DNA from: an uncultured Clostridia bacterium
GTDB taxonomy: Bacteria; Bacillota; Clostridia; Christensenellales; UBA1242
DNA length: 64,000 nucleotides
Assembly: GCA_944377465.1 (NCBI GenBank)
Contig: CALWFA010000001.1
Location: 3,994-67,993 of the forward strand
Direction of reading: 5' to 3'
Position numbers and translations under genes: made by a program. A model generated the notes under the pieces. That model made no database searches. It saw only the letters and a list, made by a program, of their open reading frames with translations, and was not told the DNA's origin. Of this stretch, positions 48,901 to 60,900 are shown piece after piece. Within the stretch, counting starts at the first letter, position 1, and the number at the start of each line of letters is the position of its first letter.

Positions 48901-51900
48901 CCAATACCTGTAGACACATATAGATTGCCTATCGTAGTGTTGGTCGAACTATTACCTATATTGATGATTGCTTGGGTATTTGAGTTATCCACATTTCCTG
49001 CACTCAAACTAACACTCGTACTATTTACTGACATGAATCCTATCAATCCTGCTACGATAGTGCGTTGTCCACCTGTAGACTCTCCTTGTCCAGAATCTCC
49101 AGTCAGATTGATCTCACTCAGGACATCTGAAGAACTGATGACCGAATTGTCAGAGTTTCCTACCAATCCACCAAAGTTTACATAAGAATTGGTATTGCCT
49201 GCTAATTTAATATTGAAGGTAACCTTTTGATAATCACTAGAATATGTGTATCCACCCACATTGATAGCTGACACTGCACTAGACACTGCGCGTCCTACTG
49301 CGCCACCAATATTGACAGTCGAGCCACCTAGAATGCTTAGATCAAATTTAGTCTTTTCGATCTCCTCCATCTCGCTATAATTCATACCTACATATGAATT
49401 CATTATAGTGGTATTACCTTCTACTATATTGCCTTCTTCGTCTTCGCTAAATCCAGACCTTGTGGCAAGACCTACGATCGCACCAAAATCTATATTCGAT
49501 GTGCTGACAGAATTGCTCAGATTTGTATTCACATATCCTGAGAAGGTGCAATTCGTGATAGTGCTATTATCAGCATGACCTACCACTCCGCCGAAGCCTG
49601 CTATGCTACCTCTATTAGTAATATTGCTCTCGCCGAACAAACTAGTTTCGATATTTGGATTACTTTCATTATTGGCACTAGTATTCGCTACGCGCACAGT
49701 GATGTTCGTGAATTGCGAATTCTGATCGTATGCGCTCACTCCACCAAAGGTATTGATCGTGACTTTGTTGTTTAGATTTACAGCGACATTGTCTGTGCCA
49801 TCTTCCCATACAAATGTGATGTTTCTAAAGATCGCGTTTGTAGACTGTCTAAATAGTCCCGCATCTTGATTGCTGTATCCTGGGCTTAGCTTTAGTCCGC
49901 TGACGACTGGAATACCACCGTCATCTTCCTTCTCGCCGACCAGCACACCTTGGAAATCTATATCAAAGATAAAGTTTGAATTCGTAGCTATCTTGTCATA
50001 CCAACTATCCTCGCTATTTGCTAAATCGATATCTTGTACAATCTTGTAGCTACCTGTAGGGTTTGACAGCATATTTAAGAAGTCAGAAGCGGTCGCTATT
50101 TCAATATAATTGAGTACTCTATTTTCCAAAAGTAATGGGAAATATCTCTCATGATCCAATGACCAGTATTGAGTCTCCCAACCACCGAAGATAGTGTTGA
50201 AGATCGACTCCTGATCTTGCGCTTCTACATTGTAGATATCGGCTAGATTCTCATCATGATTTGAGAATGTACTGAATAGTGCTACTCCGTCTGTATCGGT
50301 CTCTAGCTCGTACTGAGACACTCTGCCTGAATATGTAAACTGCATAGTAGTGCCACCATTGCTAGTGATATCTCCAAAATCGTACTGTCCCACTCTACCA
50401 AAGTCGGCAGCGACATAATTGTATTCGATATTGTCACCATTCGTATTTGTATTCGCTATATCCTCTCTATCGATCAATATAGTAGAGAATGTATAGATCA
50501 AGTCGGTCGACTGATTTCGCACTCCTAATATAGTATTCAAGAAATTGATATATGTGCCTACTTCGTTGTTTCTATTCTGCGAAGCATATGCAGATCCGAT
50601 CAGACCGCCTATCTTTTCGTAGACGATATTTGTGCTATCAAAGTTAATATATGGCACAGCATATGACTGTCTAATCTCGCTCGCTACGCTCACGCCTAAT
50701 AGTCCACCTACTGTGACACCTGAGATGAAGCTTGCCTTGCTGTAGCTAGCATAGATATTCGAATTGATACCTATGCCCACCAGTCCACCAGCATAGCCAT
50801 ATGACTCGAGTAGTCCAGGATTACCTATGAGTGAGTCGTCTATAGTCACATCTTCGCCACTCTCTAAGGCGATGATATATTCTCCGAATTCTGTATCATA
50901 GGTGTACTGAATATCCTCATCTGCTGTGACTTGAGAGGCTGTGATATCTCCTACTAGCACTGCGAATAAGCCACCGACCGCAAACTGTCCACTGATCCTA
51001 TCCGTCGTACCTGTATAGTATTTTAGTCGTATAGCATTCACATTTCTGCTCGCATATCCCGCGATACCGCCCGCGTAATCGGCTAGGATATTTGCCTCGA
51101 CATCTGATCGCTGATACATCTCATCACCATGTATATTGATGAAGGATAGATTGTAATTCACATTCGCTCTGCTCGTCACATCTATCACACCTGCTATACC
51201 GCCCGCGTATGAGAGAGAGTCGAGATATGCATCATACTGATCACTAGTCGTGATCTGTAGAGCTATAGCATCTTGCTCACTATAATATAGATTATAGTTT
51301 GGATTGGTATTCTGCACTTGTACGCTCAGATTCGAGTCTATGCCATGCACTAGACTAGATCCTATGACGATACCAGCGAGACCACCTGCAAAGTTTGCTC
51401 CATTGATAGTGGTAGATGCACCGTCTAGATTGATATTAATAATTACAGAATTATTCACTCTTCCAGCGAGACCACCAGAATATTTTGCTCGGCTAGTACT
51501 GAATACACCATTTGTCGCACTAGGAGAAGCAAATTCTAGATTCATATTCTTTACATATGCATTTTCTATGCTAGAGAATAGACCCACGCTATCATTAGAT
51601 AAAGTATCGCTCTCATTGATATCAAGGACGATGCCACTGATAGTCATACCATTACCGTCTAGACTCGTGATCGAATTGTTATTCACATCGCCGAGTGTAT
51701 AATTTAGACTAGTGCTGATAGCATTTGCATTCTCTGCAAAATCGATATTATTTATTAATCTGATATATCCGCTCATCGCAGATGAATTAGTAGGACGCAA
51801 GGTCGAATTAAACTCATCTACACTGCGAATAATGTGTGGATTATTGCTACTACCTGGTACAAAATCTCTAGCGTTTGTGTAATTGTATACACCATTCTCG

Positions 51901-54900
51901 TCTTGATACAATAGATACCTATATGAATGAGCTATCTGATTTGCTGAATTTAGCTCTGGCAATCTGCGATAATCATTATCTACTGTATAGTAAGACCATA
52001 CTCCCTGCTGACGCTCGGTGCGTGAATTGCTGTCTATGAACACGAAGCCCGTCAAGCTATCGATATTAGACATATTCTCTAGATTTAGTCCGCTAGCTTG
52101 ATCTTTATCTGAATTTGGAAGTGTGTAATTTGCCTCATCATCTAATAGATAAAACACATTTGATAGAGTGCCGTCCGAGAGTAGATTATTATTATTGTCT
52201 ACACCCACGAATGGCTGCTCAGCGGCGTCACTGGTAACATTGTCACTATTCATGATACATGCCGAATAGCTCTCTTCTATATATCCAGTATTATTGTAGA
52301 CGAAGCCTGCTACGAATGCGGAAAGAGTATACAACTCAGTATTTGCATATGAGTTGCTAATAGTACCCACATTGCTATATACGAAGCCACCTACGCTACC
52401 ATTAGATGCAGCATAGATCTGGAAGCCTGTAGAATGTGGATTCGTCTCAGTGATCACATCTTCGCGTGCCTGGACATAGCTGAATCTGATCTCACCTGTG
52501 CTAGTATTCTCTGCTACGAAGCCTGCGAGCATATTTGTATTTAGATTCGATGAATAGCTCGTCACACCAGTATTCGATACATACGAGCTAGCGATGATAC
52601 CGCTATTCACGCCGACGAAGCCCGCCACCCTACTAGCAAATCCTCTAGCCGTATCGCTACCTACTACAAACTGTAGTCCTGCGCCATATACTGTCCTAGT
52701 CGATTCGCCAGTCGAATTTACTACTATCTGAGTGTATTCAGTGCGACCCACTCGAGAATTTGTGATGATTCCCGTGAATCCACCTGCATTTCTATTCTCT
52801 CCTACGAGTCCACCGAACACCACATCTACACTTGCGCTATCATCCACGATGATCGATACAGTCTTAGTATTAGTGCTGAGGTTCATCACATCACAGTTGT
52901 AGATGAGACCGCCGTTATTCACAGCCACGAGTCCGCCAAACACTACATCTGTGATATTATTATTGGTCAGCATTAGATTCGTATTGAATTCGCTATAGTC
53001 GACGATCACATTCTTTAGTATCGTCTGTCTAGTCTCTTCTGTCCCGTCTCCAGTGTAAGTATAAGTACCGATCGAGTCGAATAGTCCGTAATTCGTCCTA
53101 TCCACTGAGACTGCGAAACTACGAATCTTGATCACCTTATTATTTCCGTCTAAGCTCGCGATAGCTGTGCTGATTGGGGTAAAATTCTCAAGCGTGATGT
53201 CATTCATCAAGATATAGTCAAAGCCTTCTACTAATAGGATATTGCCATTCTCGTCAAATATATCGTCTACCGAATAGATAGGTCGAGCATGCTCCTCTGT
53301 CGTACTCAGCTGAATATTGAGCATAAACTCTAAAGTGAGAGTATATCTAGCGCTATTAGACTCATTAGTCTCAGGGTCTACGAAGCGCACTACATATTGC
53401 CCATCTTCTAAGATGTAGTCATACTTCACTATGAAAGTGATCTCTTCGTAGAAAGCATCTAAGCCTGTGATGGTCACTATGCCGTCTCTGAGGCTCACTG
53501 TAAACTCTGGATGATACTCACTCTCGCTGAAGCGAACTATTCTACCTGCGTCATTCGTGTAATAGAAGAGATCTAATATATTCACGCCTTTATCTGACAA
53601 ATCTTGTAGCATCTTCTCATAGATGACAGATGAATAGTCATATGTGCTGTTTTCTGTAGCAAAGGCAAAATTCAGTCCAGTAGTCCTATTGTATGCCAGC
53701 TCGACATTGCCGTCCGACATATTGCTAAGACTCAAGCCATCTTCATCTAGTATGTAATCTACTGGGTGGAATACCACGCTACCTTCTTGATCACTCGTGA
53801 TGCGTGAATCAGCCGTAGCCAGCGACAATCGAGCGGACACACGGAAGCTAGCTGGAATATTTCGAGCTACACCCATTCTGATGACGACTGTATATGAGCC
53901 GTCAGAATTCTGTGTGATCTGATCATAATTGCTCAAGAAATAGTAAGATACATAGTTTCCGACTGCATAGGTATTGCCTGAGTCGTCTACTATCACGCTC
54001 TTGTCTATCACTTTTTCATAATACAAGGCATTAGCATCATATGTGTCTCCAGCTAGGACAAATACTCCAGTAGTGTCCTCTATATAAGTGTCTAGACCTG
54101 ACTCTACGCGCTCGTTAAACTCTGCCTCTGTGAGAGTAATCCTATCAAATCTAGTTTTCGTAGGATCGTATTCGTATGCTGAATCTTCGTCGAGCTCCCA
54201 TTCTAGACCGATCTCTGGATTAGCATTGAATTGATAACCATACACGCGTATAGTGACATCATTTTCATATGTAGCTTTCTGGATTAGGTAGCCACCGTCG
54301 TCAGTCGCTATTCCATCATATATTACATTTGCTCCTGGCAGATATTCGGTGATGAGAGGTTTGGTCGTCTGTACGACTCCGCCATTTATTGTATTCACTG
54401 TCAGCTCTACATCTATCGTGCCAGCATAGCCGACAAATCCCTCTATAAAGGTATGAATATATATTCTACCGTCGTAGCTATTGTCGCTATTTGAAATCAA
54501 GTTTAATCTGATACCAGTTTTATCATCTGCTTCGCTACTGGTGCCATTGTCTTCTGAGACTGTCTCGTTATTTCCAAAATATGTCTGATATGTACCGTCT
54601 GAATTTCTGACTAGTTGCTCAAACATAATGTTTACATATCTACCGAGCGAAGGCACATAAAGCTTCGTGCTAGTGAGTATCGCATCAGTCACATTGGCAT
54701 AACTTGGCTCTAGGTAGATGACCATCACACCACCATATGATCCTGGTGAGATGATGGAGGTCTCTGTAGCATTGCTCTGGAGAAGCGAGGTGTAATTGCT
54801 GATCTGAGTGACATTCGTAGCGGTGAAGTTCTCTATGCGCACGGTATTGAGTGCTGTAGGAATGAATGTGACAGTGATACTATCACTCACACTAGATGAG

Positions 54901-57900
54901 CTGACACTAGTCACAGTGATATTAAGATTGATATCCGACTCTATATATCTATAGTCAAAGTCGTCTTTTAAAATCAGCTCTACATAGTATCTATATCCTA
55001 CAATCTCTACATTCTCTCTATTCAACTCATATGAGAATGAATAATCAAATAATTCTGCCGATCCACTCACACCTGCTTGTGTCATTAGCGCATTCAATTT
55101 CTCTTGATCTGCTTCACTCTCTGCTTCGATGGTGAGATAGATGCTATCTTTGCCCGTCTCGTTTAGTAATACACGATTTTGATATGCTGTGATCTGATCA
55201 TTAGGAATATATTGAGCCAGATCATTTTCATCATAATATCCAGTGTCTAGGTCTAGATTGAAACTAATATTTGCATTCGTATTCGCTTCGTAGCTAGTAC
55301 CACCATTGATAGTCAGACTAGAGGCACTCTTGTATACCACCACTCGAAGTGTCGTAGAAGCGAGCTCTAAATATTGGTCTTGACCTGCGATCTGTGGATA
55401 GATATTTTCTCCATAATATTTAGTGAGATTTAGCTTCAAGACGAAATTTACTATTTCACTAGTCTCTCTACCGTCAAAACTATCTGAAATGACGCTGATA
55501 GTCACATTTCGTAGTGAATTTCTAGTGTCCACACGCAATATAGAATTCGTAGCTTCTGAATACGCGTCGACAGTAAGATATTCTTCTATCGAATTCGCGT
55601 CAAAGATAGTGGAGAATGCTTGATCTCTATATATATTCTCTGCGTTTATATCTATTAAAATTGAATTAGTGTTAGTATAAGTAGTGAGCTCAAACTCTGC
55701 ATTTGGCTCATTGCTTGAGTAAATCGTGCTCGAATCTAGTACGAGATCCGAGATACCTAGCTGAGTATAGAACACTACATAGGTCGATATCTCACTATTG
55801 AATACTGAATAGCATCGCACAATGATAGGATTAGCATTCGATACTGCCGTGAATACGATCTGATTATTGCTATTGATATATGCGTACTGAGTGCCTTGCA
55901 CCACTCTAAACTGCACGCCACCTTCGGCTCCTGCCGGCAAGACCTCTACATCGAGCAATCCGCTCTCTAGCAAATTACCCTCATCGTCATACCTATCCAT
56001 TAAATAATAGCTATTGTATGACTCTGCGACATATTCTGTCGTGCTGGTATGGTAGTTTATGATAGCAGTGTGTGCTACGCTGATATTGTCTACAGTGATT
56101 TCGTTTTCTACGAATTCCGAACCGATCTCAATGATATAACCTTCATCAATGCTTGCCCTAATCTCATTAGGTCTATCTACTAGTAGAGAATTTCCTTCAT
56201 CATCTATTAAATATGGGAAATAGAAGTTGATATCATTGAAGGTGATATAATTGTAATCTTCTGCATAGCTCCAAATATTTGTGTCATAAGAAGCCTCACC
56301 TATCAAAGATTGAATGTATGTCTGCCAATCTGCGTCATTCCATTCGAGCTTTCTAAAATATGTGGTATTTATATTTATATTATCATCTGTAACATTAGTA
56401 TAGACATTTCCATTCTGAGTGTAATAGTCAGAGATATCGTCATCCACAATATTATAATAAGTAGTGGAAGAGTCATACCCTGTACCTTGATTCGAGATCA
56501 GATCACCATTCTGATCTGCGTGATACATTGTATTCCACACTGTATCATTTAGTTGATAATATTCAGCATCCTCACTGAACACTGCATCTTCTCCGAGCAG
56601 AGTCCAGCTAGCGCCATCTGTAGTATACAGACCTAAAGCTAAATATTGATCAAAATCTTGAGCAGTAGGGGTCACTAGTGTCATAATGTTGCTAGTGATG
56701 AGATCATCTGTAGGCACTACAGCATAGATTTCGCCCGCATCCACTGCCTCAAAGTAAGCATTCCATGCAAGAGTACTCATGCTTGTGCCGTTGTAGATAT
56801 ACACATTTTCATCAGTGTATACCACATGATAGCCCGCATCTACTCTAGAGACGATCTTGCTATCGTCGAAATTCGATACCTTACCTAAATAATAAGTGTC
56901 ACTCTCATTGATGCCCGTAGGAGAAGTGAGATAGACTGCTCCCATTGCCGTTTCGTTTAGATCGATATCTACACTTACTAATGAGCGAGCTACTGTACCA
57001 CTGCCCGAATATACCAGTCCTGCGACTTGATTGGTAGTACTATATAGAGATTGTGCATTCAGAGTGAAGTTTTCTACTGTAGCAAAGGTGATCTGTCCAT
57101 TATCCATTTCTGCCACAACACCAGCTACTACATCATCTCCACGCAGTATACCGTTGGTCGTAATGTTTGCAAACTCTACTCTCGCCGTCATTATGCGTGC
57201 ATTGCTTAGACTACCTGTGAGATAGCCGACTGCCCCAGACACCTTGATATCCGAGCTAGTAGCGTCTAGTTCTAAGCCGAGAGAAGCTACTGTGTCAATA
57301 GTATTTGTATTTTGCGCAGATATTCCGCTCAGGTAGCCGTCTATGACGATATTGCTACCTATACTATTAGATATACCTATGCGACCACCTACGATCACAT
57401 TCTCAATATTGCCCGTATTGATACCAGATATTACAGCGATATTTGCACTCGCTCCGGTGGAATTATTGAGTACGATCAAATCTGCTATCGCAGTATAATT
57501 CACACTACTTAAGCTAGATTTGCCTAGATATGCGCCATATATTTCACCAGCATTTACACCCGCCACTAGGGCTATATTATGCGAAGTGACTGAGTTGATA
57601 GTAATGTAAATATGCTCTGCACTGCTCACACTCGAAGTGGTGAGATCTATAGTCCCTGCATTATATCCTACGATACCGCCGAAATTGACTACTGTGCTAA
57701 TATTCGATGCGAATGATAAATTATAGTCATCGCTACTAATTGTCACATTGACATCACTGATCCTGCCACCGTCATTGTATCCAGCTAAAGCGCCGACATA
57801 TAGCTCTCCATTTTGAGCATTTGAGGTGAAGTCCGCTGTATCAAACTGCACTTCTATATCTAGATTTTCGATCCTTGCATCATGTCCCAGTCTTGCAAAC

Positions 57901-60900
57901 AGACCTGAATAGACATTTCCTTCGCTGTCTAATGCCGTGTCGTTTGCCGTGAATATGATCTTGTATCTAGCGGTAGATATGATCTCGTTGTCCGAATTCA
58001 GTGTGTCCATGCTACCAGTAAGTGTGCCTGTGAATTCTTCTATTCCTGATGTCAGCTTACCTATCGGTGCCCAATCTCCACTGATCTCGATGTTATTGCA
58101 CAGCACAAAGTGGCTGTCCATATTGTTGACAATGTTTGCCAAATCCGACTGATCGCTTATGAGATATTTGTTCTGAAGGGTACCATCACTAATAGAGATG
58201 AATAGCGAGAAGGTAGTGTCGTATTCGCCCGTCTCCTCATTGTAGCTATCCATACTACCCAGCACTAATCTAAATAGTCCGCCACCATAATTTTTATTTG
58301 CATAAATGATGACACGCTTTTGATTAGAATTCTCTATATCTTCTATCACTACACGCACGCCAGACTGATTAGTCATCTCGTGCATGATAGCTTGATTGTT
58401 TTCATCTAGGCTGATATTTCCGTTCGCGTCTTGCTCGATCTGATAGAGCTTATAACCTATATCATTATAATGGAATGCCTCACTATTCGAATATGTCGCT
58501 TCTGCGTAGAATTCCGCACTATCCTCGCCCGCTTCGACATCTATAAACGACATATAGATATAATAGCTATCTTGACCGTTTTGCACTATCTCGCTACCGC
58601 TCACACTGATGCCGTTCGCTAGCTCATAATCTGCGAATTGGATATTAGTAGACACTCGTACATCAGTCACCGTGCCAAACTGCAATGCTGTAAAACTGAT
58701 AGTAATATCCGATAGTCCGCTAGTCCTAGGATCAGCCGTAAGACGCACGACTATTTCTCCTGTCAATGCATCTAAAATGCTATTATTTGCAAGAGCAGTT
58801 TGACTATCTGAAAGGTAGATCTCTACAGGGCTATTTTCATCATAGCCTACGCCACTTACATTGAAGCGCAACTGTGACACACTATTGATCACGCGCACCG
58901 TATCTCCGTCAGTGAAGGTTACACTTCTAGATGGATAGCTTAGCGAATTAAATCTGATCTCCGTGCTAGCCGCGTCCTCATACATGCTATTGATATATAC
59001 TATCTCTCGGTCTGAGATCTCTAATTGTACACTAGCGATAGGCTCATATACCGCTATCTCCATTTTGACTGCCTGCTCTACTGATTGTACAAGGTTGTTT
59101 GCATCTACTGTATAATATTGGATATATACAGTGATGATCTGAGTGACCGTGCCTGTGCCATTGTCCCCTACGGACAAAGTATTTACCTGTAGTTTGTCAT
59201 ACTTACTGCCTTCTGTATTGTACACTCGACCGTATGAAAGTATAGAAGATGAATTACTAAAGCCTGATAGATTATTGTCCTCTTGCAATCTCTCTATACG
59301 ATTGACTGATATGGCGTCACTAGACAGAGTACTAGCCCCACTCACTCGGCTGAGCACATTAAAGATGACGCTATTACCACGCACAATAGCAAAATTATAA
59401 TGCCCATTATTGATATAATTTGTGTCTGTGGTATCGTTGAACGAAGTCACACCTTCACTACCCGCATACGGCTCGATAGAGATACCTGCGCTTTCATCCA
59501 TTACATACACACTTCGAATAGAGAATTTCTCTTCGAGTAGTGTCACCTCTGCGCCAGCAGTGATCACTATATCTGCGGTAGCCTCAGTATTTATGCTGTC
59601 TAATGTGATCTCAAATAAAGCCTGCCCAGTAGCTGAATCACGCATCACCACACTTGCGTCGTTTAATCTGAGAGTAGTACTGCCATTCGAGAAGCGTATC
59701 GCCCCTTGATTCGTGCTGTCACGCTCTATCCTAAGCTCAATGGATGACCTATCGAGCGTAGTACCCGCATAGTCTACTAAAAGGTAAAATTTCGTATCAG
59801 AATTGGCATTTATCGTGAGCTCTTCATCATTGATCTGATAGGCTGGATCGGTCACGATCGTATTTGAATATGAATATATACCTATCTCATCTGCCGTCAC
59901 TATTTTGTTGATCGTATATACTACTGTCACATAGCCTTCGTCTACGGTCTCGTTTTCAAATGTCGCAGGAGTATTTTTTACACGCAAAATGAGATCGGTA
60001 CTGCTGACTGTAGATCCACTTAAGAATCGTACCGTTATACTATCGCCAGAGCTAACGGCATAATAATCTCCTTTATCTGATAGTGTCACGCCTGAAATGT
60101 TTAGATTTGTATTCTTCTCTATCAATATCTCAGTGCTAGAAATGGTGCTGATAGGAGATGCGTCGAGCTTGATAGTAATGCCATTGTATGTACTATTGTA
60201 ATAGATTGAGCCGTACAAATGACCATTTTGCGCTAATTCATCGTTTACTGAAATGTTATTCGGCAAAATGCTCTTGTACACACGCACCGTCTTTTGATAA
60301 TTCGGTGCTGAATTATTTTGAAAATGTGCGCCACTTAGCTCTACTGCAAAGGTAACATCATCATATGTATCCACATTATTTACATTTCTAATGCTGATAC
60401 GATATTGATTCTCGGCATTTGTCACTTTTGTGACGATGATATCACTATCTTCATCCTGTATGCTAAGGTCATATCTCTCACCGTCGATATAGATAGCTAT
60501 CTCATATCTTAGCAAGCCATCCACAGTGTAGACCCCAGATGTGTATACACTATTTAGGTCAGACAGGTCGATGACTAAGTCGGTCGTAGCATATGAGCTG
60601 TCCTTATATAATGTGATTTCGCTGATGTCGATAGCCATTCCATTATTGTATTCTGATAGATAATACGCTCTAGGTGAAAAGGTCTGATTCTCGACTAGAT
60701 ACACATCAAAGTAGGCAGAGATTTCAGAATTGTATCTAGATGTAGCCTTGACGCGCAGAATATAATTGTTCGTCTCTATCGTAAAATCAGACAAGATTGA
60801 CAAGATGCCATTGCCGTCTATAGAGAAAATTCGTGCGACACTGTCTGCATTCCTATTTATGTGATATTCGTTGCTAGCATCATAGTAACCTGTGCTATCT

